Source: Haemophilus parainfluenzae (GTDB taxonomy: Bacteria > Pseudomonadota > Gammaproteobacteria > Enterobacterales > Pasteurellaceae). Taken from it: DNA of 64,000 nt. Below, piece by piece: positions 42,462 to 58,209 of the stretch (position 1 is the first letter of the stretch; each line of letters starts with the position of its first letter). The stretch lies in the NCBI GenBank assembly GCA_001914055.1, contig MKXX01000003.1:176771-240770 (forward strand). The letters are read 5' to 3'. A model generated the notes under the pieces. That model ran no database searches, was not told where the DNA came from, and was given only the letters and a program-made list of their open reading frames with translations. The position numbers and the translations under genes were made by a program.

Positions 42462-42602
42462 TATGCACTCCTATTATTTTAACTAATTTGGTATTCTGAT
42501 CTTGAAAAGCCCGTTTTCAGGATACTCAAACAGAATACCAAGGACATAAATGAGTTGAGTAGTATAACTACTCAACCGGTTCTTTGCAAGAAGAAATGTT
42601 AA
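42462..42602 (-). promoter_or_regulatory. Alpha-operon promoter/leader with structured (S4 autoregulation-type) region
   Basis: 11-bp perfect inverted repeat TTGGTATTCTG...CAGAATACCAA (42488-42541) and 10-bp inverted repeat GTTGAGTAGT-ata-ACTACTCAAC (42554-42576) immediately upstream of rpsM. Confidence 0.5.
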
Positions 42603-42716
42603 TTAACCTTGACGTTGTTTATGTTTAGGGTCGCTGCATAATACGCGAACAACACCTTCACGTTTAACAATTTTACAGTTACGACACATCTTCTTAACGG
42701 AAGCACGAACTTTCAT
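42603..42716 (-). CDS. rpmJ: 50S ribosomal protein L36
   Basis: 37-aa [40 protein letters not shown], not in ORF track because <60 aa. Confidence 0.95.
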
Positions 42717-42744
42717 TGCTTATCCTTTTTACTTAAATGAACAA

Positions 42745-44070
42745 TTACTGTCCAAAACCTTTAAGGTTTGCTTTTTTTAACGCAGATTCATATTGAGACG
42801 ACATTAAGTGACTCTGAACTTGCACGATAAAATCCATAATTACAACAACAACGATTAATAAGGAAGTACCACCGAAGTAGAATTTAACATCCCATGCTGA
42901 TGTCATAATATAAGGGACTAAACATACGAACGTTACATAAAGACCGCCAATTAATGTTAAGCGAGTCATTACTTTATCAATGTAACGAGATGTTTGTTCA
43001 CCTGGTCTAATTCCTGGGATAAATGCACCAGATTTTTTTAGATTATCTGCTGTATCACGTGGATTATATTGCATTGCAGTATAGAAGAAACTGAAGAAAA
43101 TAATCGCTACCGCATAAACAAGGAGATATAAAGGTTGGCCCGGATTCAACAACATTGATAAGTCATTTAACCACTCAAACTTATCATTCTGACCAAACCA
43201 TTGTGTCAATGTAGCAGGGAATAAAATAATGCTTGAAGCAAAAATTGCTGGCATTACGTTTGCCATATTAACTTTTAATGGTAGGTGAGTTGAATGACCA
43301 CCTAAAATTTGACGTCCTTGTTGACGCTTAGCATATTCAACACGAATTCTACGTTGTCCGCGTTCTACGAAGACAACAAAGTAAGTTACTGCAAAAACAA
43401 TAGCAGCGATTAGTAGAAGAACTAAAGGATGCATTTGTCCTTGACGAGCTTGCTCAACTGTTTCGATGATTGCATGCGGCAATCCTGCAACAATACCACC
43501 AAAAACAAGAATTGAGATACCGTTACCAATACCTCTTTCAGTAATTTGCTCACCTAACCACATTAAGAACATGGTTCCGGTTACAAGACTCACTACTGCA
43601 GTGAAGTAAAAGGTAAAACCGATATTTGGCACTAATTGTGGCAACATATTCGGTAAACCGGTAGAAATTGCGATAGCTTGGATAGTAGCAAAAACCACCG
43701 TTGCATAACGAGTATACTTGGTGATCTTTCTTTGTCCTGCTGCGCCTTCTTTTTTCAATTCTGCTAAAGCAGGTGAAACCGTAGCAAGCAATTGCATCAC
43801 GATAGATGCCGAGATATACGGCATGATACCTAATGCTAAAATTGATGCTCGGCTCAATGCACCACCAGAGAACATGTTTAACATATCAATGATGGTGCCT
43901 TTTTGTTGTTCAACTAATTGAGCTAGCACGGCGGCATCAATACCAGGAAGCGGAATAAAAGAACCAATACGATAAACGATAAGTGCACCTAATACAAAAA
44001 GCAATCTGCTTTTTAGTTCACCAGTACCACTATTAGTACTTCTGCTTTGATAACCTGGTTGTTTAGCCAT
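42745..44070 (-). CDS. secY: Preprotein translocase subunit SecY
   Basis: 441 aa, 10 TM. Confidence 0.97.
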   Translation of the reverse strand: MAKQPGYQSRSTNSGTGELKSRLLFVLGALIVYRIGSFIPLPGIDAAVLAQLVEQQKGTIIDMLNMFSGGALSRASILALGIMPYISASIVMQLLATVSPALAELKKEGAAGQRKITKYTRYATVVFATIQAIAISTGLPNMLPQLVPNIGFTFYFTAVVSLVTGTMFLMWLGEQITERGIGNGISILVFGGIVAGLPHAIIETVEQARQGQMHPLVLLLIAAIVFAVTYFVVFVERGQRRIRVEYAKRQQGRQILGGHSTHLPLKVNMANVMPAIFASSIILFPATLTQWFGQNDKFEWLNDLSMLLNPGQPLYLLVYAVAIIFFSFFYTAMQYNPRDTADNLKKSGAFIPGIRPGEQTSRYIDKVMTRLTLIGGLYVTFVCLVPYIMTSAWDVKFYFGGTSLLIVVVVIMDFIVQVQSHLMSSQYESALKKANLKGFGQ

Positions 44071-44077
44071 TTGCTAA

Positions 44078-44512
44078 TTATTCCTCAACTGAACCGCCAG
44101 CAGCTTCGATTGCTGCTTTTGCACCTTTAGTTACACGTAAACCACGTACAGTAACTGCAGACTTCACTTCACCAGCTAAGATAACTTTAGCGAATTGAAT
44201 ATCTTTAGTTAAAATATTTGCAGCTTTTAATGCTTCTAAAGTGACAACATTCCCTTCAACTTTTGTTAATTCGTTTAAACGAACTTCAGCGGTTACAGCT
44301 GATTTCATTGAAGTGAAACCAAATTTTGGTAAACGACGGTATAATGGCATTTGGCCACCCTCGAAACCACGACGAACACCGCCGCCAGTACGAGATTTTT
44401 GACCTTTATGACCACGACCACCAGTTTTGCCTAAACCTGAACCAATACCACGACCAAGGCGTTTTGCACTATGCTTAGCACCTTCAGCCGGAGATAGAGT
44501 ATTTAAACGCAT
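44078..44512 (-). CDS. rplO: 50S ribosomal protein L15
   Basis: 144 aa. Confidence 0.97.
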   Translation of the reverse strand: MRLNTLSPAEGAKHSAKRLGRGIGSGLGKTGGRGHKGQKSRTGGGVRRGFEGGQMPLYRRLPKFGFTSMKSAVTAEVRLNELTKVEGNVVTLEALKAANILTKDIQFAKVILAGEVKSAVTVRGLRVTKGAKAAIEAAGGSVEE

Positions 44513-44516
44513 TCTC

Positions 44517-44696
44517 TTACTCCTCCACTTTAACCATGTATGAAACTTGGTTAATCATACCACGTACTGCCGGAGTATCGATTAACTCAACAGTATGGTG
44601 CATATGGCGAAGACCAAGACCACGCAAGGTAGCTTTGTGCTTCGGTAAACGAGCAATTGAGCTACGAACTTGAGTTACTTTAATAGTTTTAGCCAT
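44517..44696 (-). CDS. rpmD: 50S ribosomal protein L30
   Basis: 59 aa from [12 protein letters not shown]. Confidence 0.95.
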
Positions 44697-44702
44697 TATC
44701 AA

Positions 44703-45209
<507 letters not shown>

Positions 45210-45217
45210 TTACCTCA

Positions 45218-45571
45218 TTAGAACTGTAGACCAGCTTCACGTGCAGCGTCCGCTAAAGTTTGGACACGACCATGATATTTAAAACCGGAACGGTCAAAAG
45301 CAACGTCTTTAACGCCTTTTGCTAATGCGCGCTCAGCAACAAGTTTACCTACTACTGCTGCGGCATCTTTATTACCGGTATATTTAACTTGCTCACGAAT
45401 TGCTTTTTCAACAGTTGAAGCAGCGGCAAGCACTTCTGAACCGTTTGGTGCAATAACTTGTGCGTAGATATGACGCGGAGTACGGTGAATAACTAGACGA
45501 GTTACACCTTGCTCTCTCATCATATGACGTGCACGAGCTGCACGACGGATACGAGCTGATTTCTTATCCAT
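45218..45571 (-). CDS. rplR: 50S ribosomal protein L18
   Basis: 117 aa. Confidence 0.97.
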   Translation of the reverse strand: MDKKSARIRRAARARHMMREQGVTRLVIHRTPRHIYAQVIAPNGSEVLAAASTVEKAIREQVKYTGNKDAAAVVGKLVAERALAKGVKDVAFDRSGFKYHGRVQTLADAAREAGLQF

Positions 45572-45584
45572 AGTGTTACCTTAA

Positions 45585-46118
45585 TTATTTCTTCTTAGCC
45601 TCTTTCATACGTACTACTTCATCAGAGTAACGTACACCTTTACCTTTATAAGGTTCAGGACGGCGATAAGCACGAATATCTGCTGCAACTTGACCAATTA
45701 ACTGCTTGTCTGCACCTTTTAAAACGATTTCTGTTTGTGAAGGGCATTCTGCAGTAATACCTGCTGGTAAAGTGTGCTCCACAGGGTGAGAGAAACCTAA
45801 GCTTAATGCAACTACGTTGCCTTTAACTTGAACTCTGTAACCAACACCCACTAGTTGTAATTTCTTAGTGAAGCCTTCAGTAACACCGATAACCATTGCA
45901 TTAACTAATGCACGAGCTGTACCCGATTGAGCATTCGCTTCAACAAAACCTTCACGTGGAGTGAAAGTAAATTGACCATTATCTTGTTTAACTTCAACTG
46001 AGTGATGAATTGTGCGAGATAACTCGCCATTTTTTCCTTTTACTGTTAATAGCTGACCGTCGAGTTTAACTTCAACGCCGGCAGGAATATTAACAGGTGC
46101 CTTTGCAACACGAGACAT
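45585..46118 (-). CDS. rplF: 50S ribosomal protein L6
   Basis: 177 aa. Confidence 0.97.
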   Translation of the reverse strand: MSRVAKAPVNIPAGVEVKLDGQLLTVKGKNGELSRTIHHSVEVKQDNGQFTFTPREGFVEANAQSGTARALVNAMVIGVTEGFTKKLQLVGVGYRVQVKGNVVALSLGFSHPVEHTLPAGITAECPSQTEIVLKGADKQLIGQVAADIRAYRRPEPYKGKGVRYSDEVVRMKEAKKK

Positions 46119-46133
46119 TTTCCTACCCCTCTA

Positions 46134-46526
46134 TTAAGCTACGTAACAGATGATCTCACCGCCTAAGCCCGCTTGACGAGCTGCACGGTCAGTCATAACA
46201 CCTTTAGATGTAGAAATTACAGCAACACCTAAACCACCCATAACTTTTGGTAATTCGTCTTTACGTTTGTAAATACGAAGACCTGGACGGCTTACACGTT
46301 GGATGCTTTCTACAACCGGTTTGCCTTGGAAATATTTTAAAGTAATTTCCAATTCAGGTTTTGCACCTTCTAAAACTTTAACGCTTTCGATATAACCTTC
46401 AGCAGCTAATACGTTGGCAATTGCCACTTTTAGCTTGGAAGAAGGCATATTGATTGCAACTTTGTTCGCAGCTTGACCATTACGAATACGGGTCAACATA
46501 TCTGCGATTGGATCTTGCATACTCAT
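46134..46526 (-). CDS. rpsH: 30S ribosomal protein S8
   Basis: 130 aa. Confidence 0.97.
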   Translation of the reverse strand: MSMQDPIADMLTRIRNGQAANKVAINMPSSKLKVAIANVLAAEGYIESVKVLEGAKPELEITLKYFQGKPVVESIQRVSRPGLRIYKRKDELPKVMGGLGVAVISTSKGVMTDRAARQAGLGGEIICYVA

Positions 46527-46562
46527 TGTACTTTTTCTCCGATTCCAAAATAAAGTGGTATA

Positions 46563-47748
<1,186 letters not shown>

Positions 47749-47761
47749 TTCTCACTTCTCC

Positions 47762-48136
<375 letters not shown>

Positions 48137-48322
48137 TTATGCTCCGTTAAGTTAATAATACACCCTTGCGGGACGAACCTATCCATGCCTTATAAAGATA
48201 TATGGCGGATAGGTGGCGGAGTTTACCAAAATCAAGCTAGAAACGCAATCAAAATTTTACGCTTAAATTAGTACATTTAAAGTGCGGTCAAATTTTCATG
48301 ACTTTTAGCAAGTCTTGGAAAG

Positions 48323-48361
48323 AAAAAAGCCAACGGTATAAACCATTGGCTTTTATTTTTT
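48323..48361 (-). terminator. S10-operon terminator / spc-operon promoter region
   Basis: AAGCCAATGGT-ttatac-CGTTGGCTT on the minus strand (hairpin at 48323-48361) followed by a T-run; this is the operon boundary in E. coli. Confidence 0.6.
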
Positions 48362-48371
48362 AACTTGTTAA

Positions 48372-48629
48372 TTAAGCAATAACTGCTTTCTCAACAACAC
48401 GAACTAAAGTCCAAGATTTGGTTTTAGAAAGAGGACGACATTCGCGAATCTCTACTACATCACCTAATTTGGCTTCGTTGTTCTCATCGTGTACGTGTAA
48501 TTTAGTTGTACGACGGATAAATTTACCGTATAACGGGTGTTTTACCTTACGTTCAATAGCAACAACGAAAGATTTTTCCATTTTGTCGCTAACAACTTTA
48601 CCTTGTACGCTACGAATTTTATCAGTCAT
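48372..48629 (-). CDS. rpsQ: 30S ribosomal protein S17
   Basis: 85 aa. Confidence 0.97.
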   Translation of the reverse strand: MTDKIRSVQGKVVSDKMEKSFVVAIERKVKHPLYGKFIRRTTKLHVHDENNEAKLGDVVEIRECRPLSKTKSWTLVRVVEKAVIA

Positions 48630-48819
48630 TACTCACCCGCCTTCTCAGTTAAAATGGTTTTAACACGTGCGATATCACGACGCACTTGTTTAGCCTGATG
48701 GGTTTGTTGAAGCTGACCGGTGGCTGTTTGCATACGCAATTTGAATTGTTCACCTAAAAGGTTCACTAACTCATTATTCAGCTCTTCAACACTTTTTGTA
48801 CGTAAATCTTGAGCTTTCA

Positions 48820-48820
<1 letters not shown>
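48629..48820 (-). CDS. rpmC: 50S ribosomal protein L29
   Basis: 63 aa. Confidence 0.97.
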
Positions 48821-49230
<410 letters not shown>

Positions 49231-49243
49231 TTAGCGTTTCTCC

Positions 49244-49951
49244 TTACTTACGACCTTTGCCACGCGGAGCCTTTTTAGGCTTGTCGGCAGGTTGTTGTTC
49301 TGATTGCGCAACTGCAGCCATTCCACCCAAAATTTCACCTTTGAAGATCCATACTTTAACGCCGATTACGCCGTATGTAGTATGAGCTTCTGCAGTGTTA
49401 TAATCGATGTCCGCACGAAGAGTATGTAGAGGTACGCGACCTTCACGATACCATTCAGAACGTGCGATTTCTGCACCACCTAAACGACCGCTAACTTCAA
49501 CTTTGATACCTTTAGCACCTAAACGCATTGCGCTTTGTACCGCACGTTTCATAGCACGACGGAACATTACACGACGTTCTAATTGAGAAGCGATGCTGTC
49601 TGCAACTAATTTTGCATCTAATTCCGGTTTTTTCACTTCAGCAATGTTGATTTGAGCCGGAACGCCAGCAATTTGAGATACTGCGTTACGTAATTTTTCA
49701 ACATCTTCACCTTTTTTACCGATAACGATACCAGGGCGAGCTGTGTGAATTGTTACACGAATACTTTTCGCTGGACGCTCAATAGTAATACGTGAAACCG
49801 AAGCGTTTGCTAATTCTTTAGTTAAGAATTTGCGTACTTTGAAGTCACCGTCAAGATTGTCGGCGAAATCTTGTGTATTCGCGAACCAAGTAGAGTTCCA
49901 AGGTTTTACAATACCTAGGCGAATACCATTTGGATTTACTTTTTGACCCAT
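49244..49951 (-). CDS. rpsC: 30S ribosomal protein S3
   Basis: 235 aa. Confidence 0.97.
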   Translation of the reverse strand: MGQKVNPNGIRLGIVKPWNSTWFANTQDFADNLDGDFKVRKFLTKELANASVSRITIERPAKSIRVTIHTARPGIVIGKKGEDVEKLRNAVSQIAGVPAQINIAEVKKPELDAKLVADSIASQLERRVMFRRAMKRAVQSAMRLGAKGIKVEVSGRLGGAEIARSEWYREGRVPLHTLRADIDYNTAEAHTTYGVIGVKVWIFKGEILGGMAAVAQSEQQPADKPKKAPRGKGRK

Positions 49952-49968
49952 TGCTATTCCTCTACTTA

Positions 49969-50301
<333 letters not shown>

Positions 50302-50312
50302 CTATTTACCTC

Positions 50313-50591
<279 letters not shown>

Positions 50592-50612
50592 TTATCCTCT
50601 TATTAATTTAAA

Positions 50613-51434
50613 TTATTTGCCACGACGACGTACGATGAATTTATCAGTACGTTTGTTGTGACGAGTTTTCTTACCTTTAGTTTGAACGCCCCAAGGAGTT
50701 ACTGGGTGTTTACCAAAGTTACGACCTTCACCACCACCGTGTGGGTGATCTACTGGGTTCATTGCAGTACCACGAACTGTAGGGCGAATGCCTCTCCAGC
50801 GGTTAGCACCAGCTTTACCCAATACGCGAAGCATATGTTCTGAGTTACCAACTTCACCGATTGTAGCAACACATTCAGCTAATACTTTACGCATTTCGCC
50901 TGAACGTAAACGTAAAGTTACGTAGTTGCCTTCACGAGCGATGATTTGTACATAAGCACCAGCAGAACGAGCGATTTGACCGCCTTTACCTGGTTTTAAT
51001 TCAACGTTATGTACTGTTGAACCAACTGGGATATTACGCATTGGTAATGAGTTACCCACTTTAATTGGTGAGTTAACGCCAGATTGGATTTGATCGCCAA
51101 CTGACAAACCTTTAGGTGCTAAGATATAACGGCGTTCACCATCTTTATAAAGCACTAAAGCAATGTTAGCTGAACGGTTTGGATCATATTCTAAACGTTC
51201 AACAACCGCTGGGATATCTAACTTGTTACGTTTGAAATCGATTAAACGGTAATGTTGTTTATGACCACCACCAATGTGGCGAGTGGTAATACGACCATAA
51301 TTGTTACGACCACCAGTTTTAGATTTAGTATCTAGAAGAGGAGCGTAAGGTTTACCCTTGTGTAATTCAGGGTTCACGATTTTAACAACGTGACGACGAC
51401 CAGCGGAGGTCGGCTTACATTTAACGATAGCCAT
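50613..51434 (-). CDS. rplB: 50S ribosomal protein L2
   Basis: 273 aa. Confidence 0.97.
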   Translation of the reverse strand: MAIVKCKPTSAGRRHVVKIVNPELHKGKPYAPLLDTKSKTGGRNNYGRITTRHIGGGHKQHYRLIDFKRNKLDIPAVVERLEYDPNRSANIALVLYKDGERRYILAPKGLSVGDQIQSGVNSPIKVGNSLPMRNIPVGSTVHNVELKPGKGGQIARSAGAYVQIIAREGNYVTLRLRSGEMRKVLAECVATIGEVGNSEHMLRVLGKAGANRWRGIRPTVRGTAMNPVDHPHGGGEGRNFGKHPVTPWGVQTKGKKTRHNKRTDKFIVRRRGK

Positions 51435-51451
51435 TCTCTAATTTCCTCCGA

Positions 51452-51751
51452 TTACTCTGCACTGTCCACGAAGTCCAAGTTTTGGCCTTCGGCTAAAGTT
51501 ACATAAGCTTTTTTCCAGTCGCTGCGACGACCCATTTTGTTACCACGGCGTTTAGTTTTACCTTTAACAACCACAGTACGAACTGAGTCAACTTTTACTT
51601 CAAATAATTGAGCAACAGCAGCAGCAATTTCAGCTTTGTTCGCATCTAAAGCAACTTTAAGTACAACAGTGTTAGATTTTTCAGCATTGTTAGTTGCTTT
51701 TTCAGAGATGTGCGGTGCACGTAGCACGCTTAGCAAACGTTCTTGACTCAT
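51452..51751 (-). CDS. rplW: 50S ribosomal protein L23
   Basis: 99 aa. Confidence 0.97.
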   Translation of the reverse strand: MSQERLLSVLRAPHISEKATNNAEKSNTVVLKVALDANKAEIAAAVAQLFEVKVDSVRTVVVKGKTKRRGNKMGRRSDWKKAYVTLAEGQNLDFVDSAE

Positions 51752-52350
51752 GCTAGGATCTCCTCAATTTGTTTCACAGCGTCAACAGTAACAATCACTT
51801 TATCGAAAGCGATTAAGCTAACTGGATCGATACCTTGAACATCACGTACATCAACTTTATATAAGTTACGTGCTGCTAAGAATAGATTTTCATCTAAACT
51901 TGCTGTGATAATTAACGCATCTTCAACTGCTAAATCTTTTAATTTTTGTACTAAAACTTTAGTTTTTGGTGCATCTAATTCGAATTTTTCAACCACAACC
52001 AAACGGTCTTGACGAACTAATTCAGAAAGAATGCTTTTGATAGCACCACGGTACATTTTCTTGTTCACTTTTTGGCTGTGATCTTGTGGTTTAGCCGCGA
52101 AGGTTGTACCACCAGAACGCCAGATTGGTGATTTGATATCACCAGAACGAGCACGACCTGTACCTTTTTGACGCCAAGGTTTTTTACCTGAACCAGACAC
52201 TTCAGCACGAGTTTTTTGCGCACGAGTACCTTGACGAGCACCTGCTGCATAAGCAACAACAACTTGGTGAATCAAAGCTTCGTTAAACTCACGTCCGAAG
52301 GTAGTTTCAGAAACAGTTAGTGCGTTTGCACCTACAACTTGTAATTCCAT
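51748..52350 (-). CDS. rplD: 50S ribosomal protein L4
   Basis: 200 aa. Confidence 0.97.
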   Translation of the reverse strand: MELQVVGANALTVSETTFGREFNEALIHQVVVAYAAGARQGTRAQKTRAEVSGSGKKPWRQKGTGRARSGDIKSPIWRSGGTTFAAKPQDHSQKVNKKMYRGAIKSILSELVRQDRLVVVEKFELDAPKTKVLVQKLKDLAVEDALIITASLDENLFLAARNLYKVDVRDVQGIDPVSLIAFDKVIVTVDAVKQIEEILA

Positions 52351-52365
52351 CTCTATCTCCTAGAC

Positions 52366-52992
52366 TTATGCTTTAACTGCCGGCTTAACGATAACATCGC
52401 CATTGATAGCACCAGGTACAGAACCTTTTACTAATAGCAATTTACGCTCAGCATCTACACGAACAACTTCAAGTGATTGAACGGTTACACGCTCAGCACC
52501 TAAATGTCCTGCCATTTTTTTACCTTTAAACACACGACCTGGAGTTTGGTTTTGACCAATAGAACCAAGTACACGATGTGATAAAGAGTTACCGTGTGTA
52601 GCATCTTGAGTACGGAAGTTCCAACGTTTAACACCACCTTGGAAACCTTTACCTTTAGAAGTACCAGTAACATCTACTTTTTTAACATCTGCAAAGATGT
52701 CAACATTGATTTCTTGACCTAAAGTGAATTCTTCACCTTCAGTACGAAATTCCCATAAACCGCGACCAGCTTCAACACCTGCTTTCACGAAATGACCTGC
52801 TTCAGGTTTAGTTACACGATTCGCTTTTTTAGAACCAGTAGTAACTTGAACTGCAGTATAGCCATCGTTTTCAAGAGTTTTAACTTGAGTTACGCGGTTG
52901 GCTTCGATTTCGATAACGGTAACTGGTACTGAAACACCGTCTTCATTGAAGATACGGGTCATACCAACTTTACGACCGACTAAACCAATCAT
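52366..52992 (-). CDS. rplC: 50S ribosomal protein L3
   Basis: 208 aa. Confidence 0.97.
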   Translation of the reverse strand: MIGLVGRKVGMTRIFNEDGVSVPVTVIEIEANRVTQVKTLENDGYTAVQVTTGSKKANRVTKPEAGHFVKAGVEAGRGLWEFRTEGEEFTLGQEINVDIFADVKKVDVTGTSKGKGFQGGVKRWNFRTQDATHGNSLSHRVLGSIGQNQTPGRVFKGKKMAGHLGAERVTVQSLEVVRVDAERKLLLVKGSVPGAINGDVIVKPAVKA

Positions 52993-53008
52993 TGTAATAA
53001 CCTCTTAA

Positions 53009-53480
<472 letters not shown>

Positions 53481-53640
53481 CATTAAACGGCTTCCAATAT
53501 CTGAAAGCCCGTGGATATTACACAAAAACACCTAATTATGCAAGCTTTTTGTTCAATTAATTTCCACAAATAAAAAAGTGCGGTCATTTTCTCGAGTGTT
53601 TTTCACCTAAAAAAATGACCTCACTTTTATAAAATGAAAT

Positions 53641-54573
53641 CTACAGCTTGTTATCTAACATTGCAATATGTCTTGTTGCGGCAATCCAAGCACCAACATA
53701 GCCCATAATCAAGCAGCTCACTAATAAGAAGATCAGCTCGCCTACACCTAATCCATTAAGCTCAAAGGTGACCGCAAAGATATCCGTCACATACTTCACG
53801 GCTGAAGTAAAGTAACCCACAATAAGACTACTAAATACGGCTGCGACAAATCCACCTAGCACTGCATAAATCATACCGGTATAAAGATAAGGACGAAGAA
53901 TAAATTGATCCGTTGCACCTAATAGCTTCATCACATCAATACTTGCACGACTGCTATAAACATCGGAACGAATACTATTTCCGATAACAAGGAATACGGC
54001 TATTGTCATTAACACTGTACAGAAAATCGCTACGTGTGCGAAAAGCCACGAAAGAGCGGTCAATTTTTCCATCCAATCGTTATCTAGTCGAACTTCTTGC
54101 ACACCTTTAATTTTATTTAAATTTGCGCGTAACTCAGCTCGTTTTTCTGATTCATTAAACGCTTTAGACGGTTTCACCATCACCACTGCCGGCAATGGGT
54201 TGTCATCTAAAATTTCTAACTCTTCACCAAAACCAGACCAACTTTTAAATTCTTTCAAACTGTCTTGGCGAGAAACATAATTTAACGATTCCACACCTTC
54301 TTGCTGACGAATTTTTTCCACCACCAAGTTAGCATCTTCTTCACTTAAATTTTTATGTAAATAGATCGTGAGTTCGCTTTCCGGATAAAATTGAGTTGTT
54401 GCTAAGTGTAAATTTTTCCATAACAAATAGCTCACCGTTGGAATCGTAAGAGACACGGCAATAACTAAAATTGTTAGCAATGTACCAAATTTACGTTTTA
54501 CTAAATCGTTCAAAACAGAACGCAAAGTATAAGCAGTTTGCACGCCAAAAGAAGCATCAATACGTCTTGTCAT
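53641..54573 (-). CDS. ftsX: Cell division ABC transporter permease FtsX
   Basis: 310 aa, 4 TM with large periplasmic loop. Confidence 0.9.
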   Translation of the reverse strand: MTRRIDASFGVQTAYTLRSVLNDLVKRKFGTLLTILVIAVSLTIPTVSYLLWKNLHLATTQFYPESELTIYLHKNLSEEDANLVVEKIRQQEGVESLNYVSRQDSLKEFKSWSGFGEELEILDDNPLPAVVMVKPSKAFNESEKRAELRANLNKIKGVQEVRLDNDWMEKLTALSWLFAHVAIFCTVLMTIAVFLVIGNSIRSDVYSSRASIDVMKLLGATDQFILRPYLYTGMIYAVLGGFVAAVFSSLIVGYFTSAVKYVTDIFAVTFELNGLGVGELIFLLVSCLIMGYVGAWIAATRHIAMLDNKL

Positions 54574-54582
54574 TTTTTATCC

Positions 54583-55239
54583 TTAATAGCGTAAGTAGCC
54601 TTGTTCAAGTACAAGACATGGTTTTGGTTTTTGTTGAATTAAATTGATATCGTGTGTCGCAATTAACACCGTCATGCCTAAACGATTAAACTCTTCAAAC
54701 AAATTGAAAATCCCTAAAGAAAGTTCACCATCTAAGTTGCCTGTTGGCTCATCGGCTAATAAAAGTTGCGGTTTATGCACAATGGCACGCGCGATATCCA
54801 CACGTTGTTGCTCCCCACCTGAAATTTGTGGCGGCATATAATTCGCTTTACTACGTAAGCCCACACGATCTAGCGCAACCAATGCGCGTGTATGTGCTTC
54901 TTTTGGGTTCATCCCAGCAATGATCAATGGTAATGCCACATTTTCTGCCACACTACGATCCGTTAATAAACGGTAATCTTGGTGAACCATGCCGATTTGA
55001 CGACGTAAAAATGGGATTTCATACTTAGACAAACGCGTAATATCATGGCCATTAAACCAAATATTACCGGCATTCGCTTTCTCCATACCCATAATCAATT
55101 TAAGCAAAGTACTTTTACCCGCGCCAGAATGTCCAACAAGATAAGTCATACTTCCGACAGGAAGATGAAAATTCAAACCTTGCAAAGCCGGCTGAGTCGC
55201 ACCATGATAAGCTTTAGAGACATTTGAAAATCGAATCAC
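54583..55239 (-). CDS. ftsE: Cell division ATP-binding protein FtsE
   Basis: 218 aa; Walker A GHSGAGKST; ABC signature LSGGEQQR. Confidence 0.95.
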   Translation of the reverse strand: MIRFSNVSKAYHGATQPALQGLNFHLPVGSMTYLVGHSGAGKSTLLKLIMGMEKANAGNIWFNGHDITRLSKYEIPFLRRQIGMVHQDYRLLTDRSVAENVALPLIIAGMNPKEAHTRALVALDRVGLRSKANYMPPQISGGEQQRVDIARAIVHKPQLLLADEPTGNLDGELSLGIFNLFEEFNRLGMTVLIATHDINLIQQKPKPCLVLEQGYLRY

Positions 55240-55253
55240 TTTATTATTCCTTT

Positions 55254-56711
55254 TTATTCTTCATTTTCGTGAACAAACAATGCTTCAATAAATTCTTCTG
55301 CATTAAATTCGCGTAAATCTTCAATCTTTTCACCCACACCAATATAACGAATTGGTAAATTAAACTGATCTGCAATGGCGAAGATTACCCCACCTTTTGC
55401 TGTTCCGTCTAATTTGGTTAATGTTATGCCTGTTAACCCAACCGCTTCATTAAAGAGTTTGGCTTGGCTAATTGCATTCTGCCCTGTACCCGCATCTAAG
55501 GTAAGCATGATTTCGTGCGGTGCGGTTTCATCGTATTTTCTCATGACACGAACAATCTTCTTCAATTCATCCATGAGATTATTTTTATTTTGTAAACGAC
55601 CGGCCGTATCCGCAATTAAAATATCAATATTACGTGCCGCGGCAGATTGCATCGCATCAAAAATTACCGACGCAGAATCTGAACCTGTACTTTGTGCCAC
55701 AACCGGAATATTGTTACGTTCACCCCATACTTGGAGTTGCTCTACTGCAGCAGCACGGAAAGTATCCCCTGCTGCTAACATGACTGATTTGCCTTCATTT
55801 TGGAATTTGCGAGCCAATTTACCAATTGTGGTCGTTTTACCTACACCGTTTACGCCCACCATCAAAATAACATAAGGCTTTTTAGTCGTATCAATGACCA
55901 ATGGTTTGGCAACTGGTTTTAGAATTTCTACCATTTCAATTTTAAGTTGTTGGTAAAGCAATTCCGCATCTTGTAGCTGTTTACGACTTGCGTGCTCCGT
56001 TAAATTCTTAATGATTTTATTGGTTGTTGGTACACCAATATCCGCAATTAAAAGTTGCTCTTCCAACTCTTCAAACAAATCATCGTCAATTTTTTTACCT
56101 AAAAAGAACGCTCGGAAACCTGCACCAATATTTTGTTTGGTTTTGAGTAAGCCTTTAACTAAACGGCTAAAAAAGCCACCTTCACTTGGTTTTTCTTGCG
56201 TTTCTGTATTGATATCTGAACGGAATTCATCTTTAACATCTTCAACAATTTCAGGCTCAATCTCAGCATCAACCACAGGAAGATCTTCAATGACATTATC
56301 TTGCTCAATAATGCTTTCTGTTGGCTCTTCCGCAGAAAGTGCGGTAGAAACTCCTTCTGTTTTTTCTGTCTCTTCAGCCGTTGCCGCGATCACCGGTGTA
56401 TCTAAAACTGGCTCAATGTTGACCGCACTTTCAGGTGAAATCACTTCTTCTACAACAGGTTCAATATGCGCAACAACGGTATTCTCAGCTTTATCTTCTT
56501 GCAGTTGTTCCGCTAACTCCTGTAATTCTTCCTGTTCAACTTGTCCTAATTGAACGTTCTCGCTATTGTGAACAATCTCTTCCGTAGGCGAAACATCGGC
56601 AGATTCAACAGATGACTCTTCAATAGTTGGCTCAATTTTTTGTTCTTCTTGCTTTTTATTGCGACCAAAAAGAGAGGCCCAAAACCCGCCTTTTTTCTTT
56701 TCTTCTGACAT
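55254..56711 (-). CDS. ftsY: Signal recognition particle receptor FtsY
   Basis: ORF to 56732; start MSEEKKKGGFW at 56711; acidic A domain; NG domain GVNGVGKTTT, DTAGR. Confidence 0.95.
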   Translation of the reverse strand: MSEEKKKGGFWASLFGRNKKQEEQKIEPTIEESSVESADVSPTEEIVHNSENVQLGQVEQEELQELAEQLQEDKAENTVVAHIEPVVEEVISPESAVNIEPVLDTPVIAATAEETEKTEGVSTALSAEEPTESIIEQDNVIEDLPVVDAEIEPEIVEDVKDEFRSDINTETQEKPSEGGFFSRLVKGLLKTKQNIGAGFRAFFLGKKIDDDLFEELEEQLLIADIGVPTTNKIIKNLTEHASRKQLQDAELLYQQLKIEMVEILKPVAKPLVIDTTKKPYVILMVGVNGVGKTTTIGKLARKFQNEGKSVMLAAGDTFRAAAVEQLQVWGERNNIPVVAQSTGSDSASVIFDAMQSAAARNIDILIADTAGRLQNKNNLMDELKKIVRVMRKYDETAPHEIMLTLDAGTGQNAISQAKLFNEAVGLTGITLTKLDGTAKGGVIFAIADQFNLPIRYIGVGEKIEDLREFNAEEFIEALFVHENEE

Positions 56712-56809
56712 AAATTCTTCTCTTAAACACAAATCTTTAAAAAATACTGCCTATTCTAGCAAAAAATCGTCTAAACTAAGCACAATTTTCACTAAAAATC
56801 TGTTTCTTT

Positions 56810-57394
56810 ATGAAAAAAATGCAAATTCAAAATGCCAAAGGCGAAGTTCGAATCATCGCAGGTCTTTGGCGTGGGCGAAAATTACCGGTTTTAAATGCGG
56901 AAGGTTTGCGCCCTACAGGTGATCGCGTGAAAGAAACCTTATTCAACTGGTTGATGCCTTACATTGTGGATAGCCATTGTCTTGATTGCTTTGCGGGTAG
57001 TGGCTCACTTGGTTTTGAAGCCCTTTCTCGCCAAGCGAAACAGGTGACGTTTTTAGAGTTAGATAAAAATGTGGCAAATCAATTAAAGAAAAATTTACAA
57101 ACGCTAAAAACGACGACTGAACAAGCTCAAATAATCAATCAAAATAGCTTAGAATTTTTAAAACAAGCGCAAAATCAACCGCACTTTGATGTGGTATTTT
57201 TAGATCCACCTTTTCATTTTGGTTTAGCTGAACAAGCAATTGCCCTCTTAGAAGAAAAGAATTGGCTCTTACCTCATGCGTTGATTTATATTGAAACAGA
57301 AAAAGACAAAGCGCTAAGCGTGCCTGAAAATTGGCAATTACTAAAAGAAAAAACCACAGGTATGGTGAGTTACCGCCTGTATCAAAAAGATTAG
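56810..57394 (+). CDS. rsmD: 16S rRNA (guanine966-N2)-methyltransferase RsmD
   Basis: 194 aa; IIAGLWRGRKL, DCFAGSGSLG, DPPF motifs. Confidence 0.9.
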   Translation: MKKMQIQNAKGEVRIIAGLWRGRKLPVLNAEGLRPTGDRVKETLFNWLMPYIVDSHCLDCFAGSGSLGFEALSRQAKQVTFLELDKNVANQLKKNLQTLKTTTEQAQIINQNSLEFLKQAQNQPHFDVVFLDPPFHFGLAEQAIALLEEKNWLLPHALIYIETEKDKALSVPENWQLLKEKTTGMVSYRLYQKD

Positions 57395-57880
<486 letters not shown>

Positions 57881-57893
57881 AAACCAATAAAAT

Positions 57894-57935
57894 AGCTGCT
57901 TATTTTATACACAAAAATAAGCAGCTTTCTTTTTG
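57894..57935 (+). terminator. Terminator after trmL
   Basis: AGCTGCTTATTTT-atacaca-AAAATAAGCAGCT + TTTCTTTTT. Confidence 0.8.
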
Positions 57936-57944
57936 CATTTAATT

Positions 57945-57960
57945 TGTGATCTCGATCACA
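57945..57960. promoter_or_regulatory. Perfect CRP box in trmL-glpR convergent intergenic region
   Basis: TGTGATCTCGATCACA (TGTGA-N6-TCACA) with AATT/TTTT flanks like the pnuC and hel boxes; TATAAT at 57965-57970 and TATAAA about 58003-58008 downstream on + strand. Confidence 0.55.
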
Positions 57961-58209
57961 TATTTATAATTTTAAGATTCCCTTTTTACCAAAACAGCAG
58001 TATAAATAAATTACATTTAGAGAGGGATCTCGATGTACCCACTTGATCTATCAAGCTCTAGTCTTTCTTGACTCTTCAAGCAAACCTTCCCCGTTGCCCT
58101 AAATAAAGAATTGGCAGTCGAATGATTTGCCCTCCATTTGTATCCCTAAAATTTAACAACTATTGCAGCAAAATTAGTTTCATCTCACATCAATAAGGAG
58201 GTTGGGTGA

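Noticed and set aside
55375-56553. Long plus-strand ORFs (166 and 180 aa) antisense to ftsY
   Set aside because: They lie entirely inside the well-supported ftsY gene. Their Ser/Thr-rich low-complexity products mirror the acidic A-domain codons.
57974-58012. 12-codon ORF MYPLDLSSSSLS with GAGGG upstream in the trmL-glpR spacer as a leader peptide
   Set aside because: It is too short and unsupported. It is mentioned only as context in the finding on that spacer.
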